Positions 10,080 through 19,429 are shown, numbered from the whole stretch's first letter. The stretch is DNA of 63,056 nucleotides, filler included, from Anaerolineae bacterium (GCA_041082215.1; 15 parts of 15 records of this genome joined end to end with filler, not necessarily neighbours in it), one strand, 5' to 3'. A program made the numbers and translations. Notes: generated from the letters alone by a model not told the origin.

Positions 10080-10875
10080 AGGATGGTTCCCCATCCACAA
10101 TGCCGTCTTCGATACGATTATGCCTGCCCTCTCGCCCAGCGCCTGGAAGGTGCTGTGCGTCGCCATCCGGCAGACCTGGGGATGGGCAACAGCCGATGGC
10201 CAGCGGCGCGGGCAGGACCGCATCAGCTACTCTCAGTTTGAGACCAGGGCAGGACTCTCCCGCCGAACAGTCCGGGATGCCCTGAAAGAATGCCTGGACA
10301 AGGGCATCCTCCTTCGGGAACAGGTCGGCACGGTCCGGGGCAAGCCAGTCTATGCCTACCGGTTGAATCGGGACTACGAAGTGGACCTGGAAGAACAGGA
10401 GGCAAAATTTGCCCCAGTCGCTGAGGCGACTGGTAGAGAAATTAAACCAGTCACTGGTAGAGAAAGTAAACCAGTGACTGGTAGAGAAATTAAACTAACA
10501 AAACAAAAACAAACAAACAACCAAATGGATGGTGGTGGTGATCCAATGGCAATTTTTGCCAGTATTCAGGCGCTGACCGACCTCGGCGTTGCGCCTGACG
10601 TGGCGGGCCGGCTGGCAGCCGAATGCGACCCCGAGCAGGTGCGTCGCTGGGTTGAGTATGCGCGTCTGGGGCAGGGGATTCGGGACCCCGCCGCCCTTGT
10701 CGTCGCCCGGCTTCAGGCCGGCATCCCCGCCCCTGACAGGCCATCGAAGGGCCGCCACACTGCAGCAGTGAAGACGGTGACCTGTCCGGGTTGCTGGCAG
10801 GTGTTTCCGGCAGAATCCGTCTGCCCTCGCTGTGGCCGGTGCAACGACTGCTGCATATGTGCTACGGAGGAGTGA
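10051..10875 (+). CDS. Replication initiator, lambda O/DnaD-like, with C-terminal Cys-rich finger
   Basis: N-terminal 'IMPALSPSAWKVLCVAIRQTWGW...DRISYSQFETRAGLSRRTVRDAL' wHTH; central repeats; DnaD-like 'IRDPAALVVARL'; CxxC...CxxCxxCxxCCxC. Confidence 0.75.
   Translation: MAKIRPFDAEGWFPIHNAVFDTIMPALSPSAWKVLCVAIRQTWGWATADGQRRGQDRISYSQFETRAGLSRRTVRDALKECLDKGILLREQVGTVRGKPVYAYRLNRDYEVDLEEQEAKFAPVAEATGREIKPVTGRESKPVTGREIKLTKQKQTNNQMDGGGDPMAIFASIQALTDLGVAPDVAGRLAAECDPEQVRRWVEYARLGQGIRDPAALVVARLQAGIPAPDRPSKGRHTAAVKTVTCPGCWQVFPAESVCPRCGRCNDCCICATEE
10429..10526. repeat. Iteron array (3 x 24 bp) plus A-rich tract; putative replication origin
   Basis: ACTGGTAGAGAAA(T/G)TAAACCAGT at 10429 and 10453, third copy at 10477 with a degenerate right arm; then aaacaaaaacaaacaaacaaccaaat. 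Confidence 0.75.
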
Positions 10876-10880
10876 ACCGG

Positions 10881-11291
10881 ATGAGTTCCAACTACGTCAT
10901 CCTCAGCGGGCGGGTCTCCCGCCCACCCCAGCGGGTGCGGATCGGCGGCGAAGGGTCCCCCTGGGGCTACGCCATCACCCTGGCCGTGCGCTCCACCAAC
11001 GGCCTGGTCTTCCCCACCGTCGTGGTCCAGGGCAACCTGCCCCCCTTCGTCACCTACGACCCCAATGCCCCCCTCCACCAGCAACCCCTGATCACCGTCG
11101 TGGGGCAGGTCCGCACCCGCAACCTGACCCTCGACCTGGCCACCGAAGTGGTCCGGCTGGCCCGACGGGCCGGGGCCGACCAGGCAACAGTCGAGCGCCT
11201 GGCTGCCGCTCTGAACGGGTCGGGCCTGGTCTCCCGCCGCGTCGTCACTGACGTGCTGGCCGACCAGATTCTGGAAGGAGGTTCCTGGTAA
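10881..11291 (+). CDS. SSB-like OB-fold protein 1
   Basis: NYVILSGRVSRPP ... ITVVGQVRTRN ... VTDVLADQI pattern of SSB beta-strands. Confidence 0.65.
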   Translation: MSSNYVILSGRVSRPPQRVRIGGEGSPWGYAITLAVRSTNGLVFPTVVVQGNLPPFVTYDPNAPLHQQPLITVVGQVRTRNLTLDLATEVVRLARRAGADQATVERLAAALNGSGLVSRRVVTDVLADQILEGGSW

Positions 11292-11896
11292 TGAGTTCAG
11301 ACATCCCGGAAGACAACGAGCTGTCTCTTCCCGGCGTCACGCTCAATGCCGTCACCGTTGTGGGCCGGCTGGTGGGTGATGCGGAGTTCTTCTCCACCCG
11401 CTCCGGCAGGCCCAAGATTACCTTCCGCATCGCCATCCCCCGCGCCCCCGACCTGCCGCGCAAGAAACCGGCCTCCCACGACTTCTACTCCGTCATCGCC
11501 TACGGCGAGCGCTTCATCCCCCTGCTGGAACACCTGGTCGAGGGCCGCCAGGTGGTGGTGTCCGGCTGGGCGCAGAGCCGCGACGTGGAAACCCCCAACG
11601 GAAACCGCACGGTCAACGAGATCGGGGCCAGAGCCATCATCCCCGTCCTGGACCCGGCTTTCCTGCCCTCCCTGGACCGGCTGGTGGCCGGCGTCCTGGA
11701 AGCGTTGTCCCCCGAGGAACGGCAGGAGCTTCGGGCCGCGATGGAAAACCCGGAGTGGCAGCGGCCTGAAGCGCCGTGGGCAGAGCGGGTAGAGGTGCTG
11801 TTCGGTCCTAACGGCTCAATCCACCCCGAGGTCCGCCTGGCCGTCGAGCGGGTGCTGGCCCGGATGCAACCCCAGGAGGAGAGCGGTGGAAATTGA
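11291..11896 (+). CDS. SSB-like OB-fold protein 2
   Basis: LNAVTVVGRLVGDAEF...FRIAIPR...DFYSVIAYG...GRQVVVSGWAQSR. Confidence 0.75.
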   Translation: MSSDIPEDNELSLPGVTLNAVTVVGRLVGDAEFFSTRSGRPKITFRIAIPRAPDLPRKKPASHDFYSVIAYGERFIPLLEHLVEGRQVVVSGWAQSRDVETPNGNRTVNEIGARAIIPVLDPAFLPSLDRLVAGVLEALSPEERQELRAAMENPEWQRPEAPWAERVEVLFGPNGSIHPEVRLAVERVLARMQPQEESGGN

Positions 11897-12425
11897 GTTC
11901 CCCCGCCGGCTGCTGGTCATCGTGGCTTCTGCCCTGGCCGTGCTGGCGCTGATCCTGGTGGGCCTGGCCGTCAGCCCACGGGACGCCGACGGCCATCCCC
12001 TGCTCCTCTCCCCCCAGCGACGGGCCATCCTGCACTACCTGAAGTGGTGCGGGGATTGGACCGACCGGCTGGCCGACCTGGAAGGCCGCCTGGACGGGCT
12101 GATGCCGGCCAGGGCCAATCCCCAGCCAGCCCCATCCCCCGGCGACCTGTACCGCCGGGCGCAGCAGGCTGAAGAGGCGCTACGAACGGCCACCGCGCTG
12201 CAACTGGAGGCAGAGCGGGCCGCCGTCCCCCCGCCGATGGTCGGGGTCCACAACCTGGTCACCGCCGCAGCCCAGGCCCACACCGCCTGGGCCGAGGCGG
12301 TCGTGGCTTACGTCGGAGCCCCATCGCCGGAGGGGGCCACTGCGCTGACCGACCTGCGCCAGGCCGCCGTGGATGCACTGACCCGATTGCAGGAAGTGCT
12401 GAATGACGACGGAAATGCGGATTAA
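11886..12425 (+). CDS. Membrane-anchored helical protein
   Basis: N-terminal TM helix, 'VSPRDADGHPLLLSP', helical body; overlaps both neighbours. Confidence 0.6.
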   Translation: MEIEFPRRLLVIVASALAVLALILVGLAVSPRDADGHPLLLSPQRRAILHYLKWCGDWTDRLADLEGRLDGLMPARANPQPAPSPGDLYRRAQQAEEALRTATALQLEAERAAVPPPMVGVHNLVTAAAQAHTAWAEAVVAYVGAPSPEGATALTDLRQAAVDALTRLQEVLNDDGNAD

Positions 12426-13701
12426 CTTCCTGGAGGCCCAACTGGGCCAGGCCCGCTCCGCACTGGAGGCGATGCAGCGGCTCAAGGAAGCCGCCGAAAC
12501 GCAGCGGGCACAGGCAGTCGAGCAGCTCAGGGCCATCGCCGCCGCGCTCCTGGCCCCGGAGTGGAACGACCTCAAGCGGGACCACCCGGAGGCGGTGGAC
12601 TGGCCACCGGAGCAGTTGGGGGCCTGGATCGTCGAGGCCGGCGTCCGCAAGCTCAACCGCCTGGAACTCCTCTGCGCCGGCGGCGACGTGGAGGCCCTCC
12701 TGGAAGCCTGTACCCAGGAGCGGGACCGCTGGCAGGAAGAGGCGCTGGAGCTGCGGCGGGAGGCGGAGCGGCTGGCGACGGAACTGGCCGGGGCCAGGAC
12801 CCGCATCCAGGCGCTGGAGCAAGAGGCGTGGCAGTTGCGCGAAGAAGCTTCCCGGCTGCGGCTGCGGGTGGCGGAGCTGGCCGTCCCCACCCAGGTCGGA
12901 TTGCTGGAGCAGGCGCAGCCCAGGGAACCTGAAGCAGCAGCAGAGACCCCGGAGGCAGGGTTGGACCCGACCTGGCTGGCGGCCTGGCGAGCTTCGCCGG
13001 ACTACGCCCAGGACGCCGAAGCATTGCGGGTCATCGGCCTCCACGGTTACGTGCTGCGGGAGTCAGTCGTCAGGGCGGTGGGAGCAGAGTATCCAAGCGG
13101 GACAACGTCCCGGCTCTTTGAGCGTCTGCGAGAACAGGGCCTGATCGAAGAGAAATCGGGCAAGGCAGATACGCCGGGCCGCCCGCCCAAACTGCTGCGT
13201 CTGACCGACCGGGGCCAGGCCGTGTATCGCCTTCTCTTCGGCCAGGAGCCAGCAGAGCCGGAGGATGAGCGACTGCTGCGCCGTCACAAGTCCGAAGAGC
13301 AGGTGATGCTGGCTCTCCAGGCCCGGCTGGTCCTGGAAATGGCCGGGGCAGAACACATTGACCTCTTCCCCGACCCGCTACCCCTCCCCGGCGGTGGGAA
13401 GTTCGAGATTGACCTGGTGGCCGTCCTGGAAGGTCAGCGCCTCTACATCGAGCTGGAGCGGGCCTCAAGCCGCGGCCAGAAGCGGCTGGACAAGTGGAGC
13501 CGGTATGCCCAGGCCACCAAAGCCTTCTACTTCTTCGTCCCCAACCGGGATGCGCTGAACCGGCTGATGACCGAACTGAACTACTGGGCCTACCGGCAGG
13601 CGCAGGACGCCGCCGGGGTCGTCGTCCATATCTGCCAGCTCACAGGGGGCAAGGAAGGGGAGCTGTGGCACCTGATCAGGCCGCTGGCCGGTTCGCGCTG
13701 A
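12403..13701 (+). CDS. Coiled-coil, wHTH and PD-(D/E)XK nuclease protein (Replic_Relax-like)
   Basis: Long coiled coil; 'SRLFERLREQGLIEE...GRPPKLLRLTDRG'; 'EIDLVAV...LYIELERA...LDKWSRY'. Confidence 0.6.
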   Translation: MTTEMRINFLEAQLGQARSALEAMQRLKEAAETQRAQAVEQLRAIAAALLAPEWNDLKRDHPEAVDWPPEQLGAWIVEAGVRKLNRLELLCAGGDVEALLEACTQERDRWQEEALELRREAERLATELAGARTRIQALEQEAWQLREEASRLRLRVAELAVPTQVGLLEQAQPREPEAAAETPEAGLDPTWLAAWRASPDYAQDAEALRVIGLHGYVLRESVVRAVGAEYPSGTTSRLFERLREQGLIEEKSGKADTPGRPPKLLRLTDRGQAVYRLLFGQEPAEPEDERLLRRHKSEEQVMLALQARLVLEMAGAEHIDLFPDPLPLPGGGKFEIDLVAVLEGQRLYIELERASSRGQKRLDKWSRYAQATKAFYFFVPNRDALNRLMTELNYWAYRQAQDAAGVVVHICQLTGGKEGELWHLIRPLAGSR

Positions 13702-13781
13702 ACGATATGACCCAATGCAGCTCAATTTTTTCCTTGCATTGCTTCAAAATTGGACCAAAATCACCATGGCGCGGTGTCTAT

Positions 13782-13820
13782 TTTGATCCAGGAGTTTGAT
13801 CCAGGAATTTGATCCAGACT
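13782..13820. repeat. Three tandem 13-bp direct repeats
   Basis: TTTGATCCAGGAG / TTTGATCCAGGAA / TTTGATCCAGACT. Confidence 0.8.
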
Positions 13821-14019
13821 TGAGACAGGAGTATCCAGGATGACCAGCCGCAAACCTATCGAATTTGCCGGGACCGAAGAGGAGCAAACAGAACGCCTTG
13901 GTCAGTCCCGGCGATTGTTACCTGGGACGAGTTCGTGGCAGCGCAGAATCAACGGGTTCGGCTGGCCACCAGGAATCCAAACGCGCTATGGGAATGTCCC
14001 CTGGGAGGGAGCGCCCGAC

Positions 14020-14048
14020 TTGCAAGAATCGTGAAAATGGGGTAAAAT
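14020..14048 (+). promoter_or_regulatory. Sigma70-type promoter (near-leaderless LysM gene)
   Basis: TTGCAA-17 bp-TAAAAT, 10 bp before ATG 14059. Confidence 0.55.
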
Positions 14049-14058
14049 ACGCAGTACT

Positions 14059-14946
14059 ATGCGAAGGGGAATCACGCTCATACTGCTGATACTGGCAACG
14101 GCAATAGTGGTCTGGTCACGGCAGCCCGGCTCGGCGATTGGGACGCTGGGCAGCACGTACACGGTGCGGCCCGGTGACAGCCTGAGCCGGATCGCCGCCG
14201 AGCACAACACCACCGTGGCGGAACTGGTGGAGCTGAACGCCGACCGGTATCCTTCGCTTGCCGTCAATCCGGGCCTCATCGAGCCGGGCTGGGTGCTGAC
14301 GCTGCCCGGCAGGGCAGGGAACGAGGGGACGCTGTGGGAACAGGCGACGACCTGGCTGAAGGGGCGTGTGGCTCCGACGGTCAGGGCTGCCGGGGAGAAG
14401 CTGGCATCGCTGCCCGCGACTCCGGCTTCTGGCTCCGGGGGGACCGCGACTTCCGGTGGGGCAGCCGTGCCTGCGTCCGGCGAAATCGTGGTGGGCGACG
14501 AGGCGGCGGAGAACGCCATCCTGGAGGCCATCAACCAGGAGCGGGCACGGCTGGGTGTGGGGCCGCTGGTGATGGACGAGGGACTGCGGGCCAGCGCCCG
14601 CGAGCGCAGCCGGGATATGCTGGCAAGGGGGTATTCCTCGCATTATGACCCGGAGACAGGTGCTCCGCTGAACAATGGCACCTGGGAGGTAATAGCGGGG
14701 GCCAGAGGGATAGCTTCCCACGCGCTATCATTTGCTTGGCCGGGATGGAAAAACAGTCCTGGTCACTATGCTGTTCTTATTGACGGCAACCTGCACCGCA
14801 TCGGCATCGGAATAGCCCGATATGGCTCGCAAGTTATTGCAACCGGCCAGCTTCTTCCCCGACCCCCCTTGACACGCGCTGTAGGACGTGGTAATATATC
14901 GGACAAACGGGTAACCCCTACCGTAACAACCTGGGGACCAACGTGA
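14059..14946 (+). CDS. Secreted LysM and CAP (SCP-like) domain protein
   Basis: Signal/TM; YTVRPGDSLSRIA...LIEPGWVLTLP (LysM); INQERARLG...WKNSPGH...IGIG (CAP). Confidence 0.85.
   Translation: MRRGITLILLILATAIVVWSRQPGSAIGTLGSTYTVRPGDSLSRIAAEHNTTVAELVELNADRYPSLAVNPGLIEPGWVLTLPGRAGNEGTLWEQATTWLKGRVAPTVRAAGEKLASLPATPASGSGGTATSGGAAVPASGEIVVGDEAAENAILEAINQERARLGVGPLVMDEGLRASARERSRDMLARGYSSHYDPETGAPLNNGTWEVIAGARGIASHALSFAWPGWKNSPGHYAVLIDGNLHRIGIGIARYGSQVIATGQLLPRPPLTRAVGRGNISDKRVTPTVTTWGPT
14869..14897 (+). promoter_or_regulatory. Sigma70-type promoter driving a structured leader
   Basis: TTGACA-17 bp-TAATAT; downstream hairpin CGCTTCCTGA/TCAGGAAGCG at 14991-15028. Confidence 0.55.
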
Positions 14947-15156
14947 CGCGGGGCCTGAGTAGCCCCAAAAAAACCTGGTGACGCCCCGAACGCTTCCTGA
15001 GGGCGGGAAGATCAACGGTCAGGAAGCGGGAGGGATAGGAGACGCTCTTTGAACGGNNNNNNNNNNNNNNNNNNNNNNNNNNNNNNNNNNNNNNNNNNNN
15101 TTAATTAATTAANNNNNNNNNNNNNNNNNNNNNNNNNNNNNNNNNNNNNNNNNNNN

Positions 15157-15885
15157 CACCATCTCCGCCAGCGCCTGGTGCAGGTCACGAATCTCCTGTA
15201 CGCCCCCTACGGGTCGGGCGATGGCGGAGTCGTCCCCCCAGGAAACCTGTTCGGCCGCCTGAGCCAGGGAGCGGAGAGGGCGGACGATGGTTGTCCAGCC
15301 GAATGTGAGAACCAGAAGGGAAAGGAGCCCTGCCCCCATAGCCACCGCAGGAGCCAGCGCGGGCAGACGCAGGATGGGCCCCAGAAGGTCCTCCACCGGC
15401 TCTTCCACCACCACCGTCCAGGGCGCTCCCCGGACCGGGGAGAAGGCGCTCAGTACCGGCCCCTCCTCCCGTTGAGAAAGAATGACCCCCTCCGTACCGG
15501 AGAGGGCCGCAGTCCAGTCGGCAACGCCAGAGAGGTCAGCACCGACCAGGGTGGGGTCAGAGTGGAAAAGGACATGGGCCTGCTCGTCCATCACGAACAG
15601 GCGCGCTGGCTCTGTCCCGCCGCTGAGGATGGGGGGAAGCCAGATGGTCAGCCCGCTTCCGTCGGGCCCGATGGTCCCGTGGGCCAGGCCGTCCTCCACG
15701 ATGCGCGCCGCCAGCCGGGCCAGCGCCAGGTCCCGTCCGGCGACGAAATCCCGCATGGCTCGCTGATGGGCGTAAACTCCGGTGAAGGCGACGGCCAGGA
15801 GGGCAAAGGTGAGAGGGAGGACCGCCCAGAGGAACAGTTGGGCCTGGAGGGTACGAAACCAGCGACGCACCGGACACTCCCTCAC
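15157..15885 (-). CDS. Sensor histidine kinase (Cache/HAMP), 3'-truncated
   Basis: Two TM helices and HAMP; near-identical to the HisKA_3 kinase at 48267-49442. Confidence 0.85.
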
Positions 15886-16538
15886 TCAATCACAATCCAG
15901 CCCCGGCGGATGGCCTCGGTGACCGCTTCGGTACGGCTGCTGACGCCCAGTTTGCTGTAGATACTGGCCAGGTATCCCTGGACGGTGCGGTGGCTGATGC
16001 CCAGTTCGTGGCCGATGGCCCGGTTGGTCAGGCCGCGGGCGGCCAGCCGCAGCACATCCAGTTCGCGCGGCGTGAGCGGTTCCACCTGTTCAGCAGCCGT
16101 GGCCGGCTTGCCGGTGACCGTCTGCTGCACCACTTTGGTGGCGACTTCCGGGCTGAGGGCCGATTGCCCCCGATAGACCGCCCGTACCGCCTGGATCAGT
16201 TCGTCGCCGCTGGCCGTCTTAAGGACGTAGCCGTCGGCCCCGGCCCGAAGCAGGGCAAAGATGTAGGGGTCGTCATCGTAGGCGGTGAGGATGAGGACCC
16301 TGACCTCCGTGAATCGCTCTTTGATCCGGCGGGTTGCCTCCACGCCGGTCATTTCTGGCATCCGGATGTCCAGGACAGCCACATCGGGCCGGTGCTCCCG
16401 CACTTTTTCCAGCGCTTCCCGGCCGTCTCCAGCCTCAGCCACCACCTCAATGTCGTCGGCCTCCTCCAGAAAGCGGCGGATTCCCTGCCGGACCACGGCG
16501 TGGTCATCGGCCAGAAGGACGCGAATTTTCCCGGTCAC
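15882..16538 (-). CDS. NarL/LuxR-family response regulator
   Basis: IRVLLADDHAVVR, DIRMP, GYVLK, LTPRELDVL...HTH. Confidence 0.92.
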   Translation of the reverse strand: MTGKIRVLLADDHAVVRQGIRRFLEEADDIEVVAEAGDGREALEKVREHRPDVAVLDIRMPEMTGVEATRRIKERFTEVRVLILTAYDDDPYIFALLRAGADGYVLKTASGDELIQAVRAVYRGQSALSPEVATKVVQQTVTGKPATAAEQVEPLTPRELDVLRLAARGLTNRAIGHELGISHRTVQGYLASIYSKLGVSSRTEAVTEAIRRGWIVIE

Positions 16539-16560
16539 CGTCTCTCCACGGCCTCGCGCC

Positions 16561-16797
16561 CTACCTGAGGCCCAAAACCTGTTCCAGGCGGTTTCTATCA
16601 AAGCCCACAACCGCTTCGCTGCCCACCAGGACCACCGGTGTGGTGAAGAGCCCCAACCCCTCGGTCAACTCTCGCAGGGCCTCCGGATCGGAGATGTCGC
16701 GTTCCCTGAAGTCAATCCCCTTTTGGGAAAGAAACTCTTTCACCCGGTCGCAGAAGACTCAGCCATGTTGGGTATAGACGATGACCTCCTGCGGCAT
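16561..16797 (-). CDS. Glutaredoxin/NrdH-like selenoprotein (UxxC)
   Basis: MPQEVIVYTQHG-UGA-VFCDRVKEFLSQKGIDF...TTPVVLVG...VVGFD; UGA at 16759-16761 sits at the first Cys of CxxC; SD GGAGG. Confidence 0.85.
16725..16745 (-). promoter_or_regulatory. Putative bacterial SECIS hairpin
   Basis: GG(U)GAAAGA-GUU-UCUUUCCC; bulged U; G-containing loop 23 nt after the UGA. Confidence 0.55.
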
Positions 16798-16831
16798 CGC
16801 TGGATTGCCTCCTGCCACACTTCTGGTATGG

Positions 16832-19243
16832 CTAATGATGAGGGTGCTTGGCTTTCCCTTCGCCTTCGGCCCGCACGTACTTTTCGGGGTCCCTGTCAAA
16901 GGCCTTTTTGCAGCCCTGGGAGCAGAAGTAGTACGTTTTCCCTCTGTATTCCGATTGGGCTGCCGCGTGTTTTTCATCAACCATCATTCCACAGACAGGG
17001 TCTTTAACCATTTTACCTTCCTCCTTTTCAAATGCAAGTGGAATCTCAGGAACTGGGCTGGCGGCGGATGCCCCCATGGTGCGCGTCCTGATTCTCCACG
17101 ACCGCCTCTTCGCTTCGCTTTTTGTGCCCCTTACGGTTTCCGTACCTTCCCAATCCATACGCCGCAGGAGCTGAGCATTAACCGCCACAATCATCGTGCT
17201 CAGCGACATCAGAAGCGCCCCGATGGCCGGCGAGAGGAGGAATCCCACTGGAGCCAGCACCCCTGCCGCCAGCGGCAGGGCTACGGTGTTATAGCCGGTG
17301 GCCCAGATCAGGTTCTGGATCATCTTCTTATAGGTGGCACGGCTCAGGGCGAAGACCTTGACCACGTCTCGTGGATCACTGCGCACCAGGATGATGCCCG
17401 CCGACTCAATGGCGACGTCGGTCCCGCTGCCAATGGCGATCCCGATGTCGGCGCGGGTGAGCGCGGGGGCGTCGTTCACCCCGTCGCCGACCATAGCCAC
17501 CCGCTTCCCTTGCTGCTGTAGTTCGACGATCTTCTGGTCCTTGTGCTCCGGCAACACCTCGGCGAAGACGGTCCGGATGCCCAGTTCGTCAGCCACCGCC
17601 TGGGCGACGGCCTGGCTATCGCCGGTGAGCATGGCCACCTCAATGCCCATCTTCAGCAGCCGGTCCACCGTTGCGCGGCTCTCTGGACGAATCGTATCGG
17701 CCAGGGCGAAGGCCGCCACCGGCCGCTTTTCCACCACCAGATAGACGACCGACCGGCCCTTCCGCCCCATCTCCCCGGTGAAGCGCGCCAGTTCGTCTGG
17801 CAGGGTCGCATCCAGCATCTCCAGCAACTGTGGCCCACCGACGTAGACTGTCTTCTTATCGTAGATCGCGCGAATACCACGCCCTTTGATTGCCTCAAAG
17901 TCGGTCACCCGGGGCAACGCCGGTCCATACTCCTCCACTTTGCGGCGGACGGCGCGGGCGATGAGATGCTCCGAGTCTCCCTCCACTGCTGCCGCCAGTG
18001 CCAGAGCCTGGACCTCGTCCCAGCCGTTCACCGTCGCCATGGCGACCACGCCGAACTCCCCCGTGGTCAACGTGCCGGTCTTGTCAAAGATGACCACGTC
18101 AACCTCACGGGCCTCCTCCAGTGCCAGCCGGTCGCGTACCAGGATGCCGTTGGCCGCGCCCATGGAGGTGCTGATAGCGACCACCAGCGGGACCGCCAGT
18201 CCCAGTGCATGGGGGCAGGCGATGACCAGCACCGTTACCACCCGCTCCAGCACGTCCAGATTGAAGCCGGTCGCTAATGTCCAGAGCACTGCCGTGATAG
18301 CCGCCACCCCCAGGGCGATGTAGAAGAGCCACCCGGCAGCCCGGTCGGCCAGGAGCTGCGTCCTGGATTTGGATTGCTGAGCCTGAGCGACCAGGCGCAT
18401 AATCCCCGCCAGGGCTGTCGCCTCGCCAGTAGCAGCGACCTGCACCCGCAGGCTGCCGTCACCGTTGATGGTGCCGGCGATGACCTTATTGCCCGGCCCC
18501 TTTGGGACCGGCCGCGATTCCCCGGTGAGCATCGCCTGGTTGACGTCCGATTTCCCTTCTACCACGACGCCATCTGCAGGGATACTGGTGCCGGGACGAA
18601 CCAGAACCAGGTCGCCTTCTTTCAGGGAACTGGAGGGCACAACCTCAGTGGTGCCGTCGGGCAAAAGCCGCTCAGCGGTGTCCGGCATCAATTGGGCCAG
18701 TTCCTTCAACGCGCCGGAGGCCTGGCGGACGCTCCTCATCTCAATCCAGTGGCCCAGAAGCATAATATCAATCAGGGTCGCCATCTCCCAGAAGAAGCCC
18801 GTGCCGGGGATGCCGATCAGGGCGAAGAGGCTGTAGGTAAAGGCGACGGAAATGGCAAGAGAGATAAGGGTCATCATCCCGGGACGACGGTTGCGCAGTT
18901 CGGGGATGGCCATCCGGATGAATGGGGTGCCACCGTAGAAGAAGATGGCAAAAGCAAGAGCCGGGCCAACCCAGCGGCTACCGGGGAACTCCGGGATGCT
19001 GAACCCCAACCGTTCCTGCAGCAAAGGGCTGAAGAGGAGCACAGGAACGGTGAGGACCAGGCTCACCCAGAACCGCTTACGGAACATCTCTTCGTGGCCG
19101 GTGTGGTCTACATGGGCGGCGTGGCCGACATGTTGAGCATGGGCGGTATGGCTGGTATGTTCGGCATGGGATTCGTGGGCAATGTGCGCCGCGTGGCTCC
19201 CCACTTCAGTGTGTACGTTCATCCTGTGAGACTTTTCCCTCAT
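16832..19243 (-). CDS. copB: Copper-translocating P1B-3 ATPase (CopB-type), in frame with a C-terminal YHS domain
   Basis: His-rich N-terminus, TGES, CPH, DKTGTLT, GDGVND; tail KDPVCGM...YYFCSQGC. Confidence 0.9.
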   Translation of the reverse strand: MREKSHRMNVHTEVGSHAAHIAHESHAEHTSHTAHAQHVGHAAHVDHTGHEEMFRKRFWVSLVLTVPVLLFSPLLQERLGFSIPEFPGSRWVGPALAFAIFFYGGTPFIRMAIPELRNRRPGMMTLISLAISVAFTYSLFALIGIPGTGFFWEMATLIDIMLLGHWIEMRSVRQASGALKELAQLMPDTAERLLPDGTTEVVPSSSLKEGDLVLVRPGTSIPADGVVVEGKSDVNQAMLTGESRPVPKGPGNKVIAGTINGDGSLRVQVAATGEATALAGIMRLVAQAQQSKSRTQLLADRAAGWLFYIALGVAAITAVLWTLATGFNLDVLERVVTVLVIACPHALGLAVPLVVAISTSMGAANGILVRDRLALEEAREVDVVIFDKTGTLTTGEFGVVAMATVNGWDEVQALALAAAVEGDSEHLIARAVRRKVEEYGPALPRVTDFEAIKGRGIRAIYDKKTVYVGGPQLLEMLDATLPDELARFTGEMGRKGRSVVYLVVEKRPVAAFALADTIRPESRATVDRLLKMGIEVAMLTGDSQAVAQAVADELGIRTVFAEVLPEHKDQKIVELQQQGKRVAMVGDGVNDAPALTRADIGIAIGSGTDVAIESAGIILVRSDPRDVVKVFALSRATYKKMIQNLIWATGYNTVALPLAAGVLAPVGFLLSPAIGALLMSLSTMIVAVNAQLLRRMDWEGTETVRGTKSEAKRRSWRIRTRTMGASAASPVPEIPLAFEKEEGKMVKDPVCGMMVDEKHAAAQSEYRGKTYYFCSQGCKKAFDRDPEKYVRAEGEGKAKHPHH

Positions 19244-19429
19244 CCTGCCCCCGCAAAGCCATTGTGCAATAGACCGCGAACTGTGTAAGCCTAACACCCG
19301 ATAGGTTCGGAAGACAATTCAAATTACCGCAGAAGCGCGAGGGAAGCGGAGGTTCTTGGTACCTCGCTATCCATCGCGCCCCACGGTGAGAGGAGTACTG
19401 CTTGCGCAGGTCATAAACCGGGAGAGGCT

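Noticed and set aside
10429..10500. 24-bp repeats as a mini-CRISPR
   Set aside because: Directly tandem with no spacers; better explained as iterons
14940..15030. Possible hammerhead ribozyme or terminator
   Set aside because: No complete CUGANGA...GAAA core; the A7 tract is on the wrong side of the hairpin for a terminator on either strand
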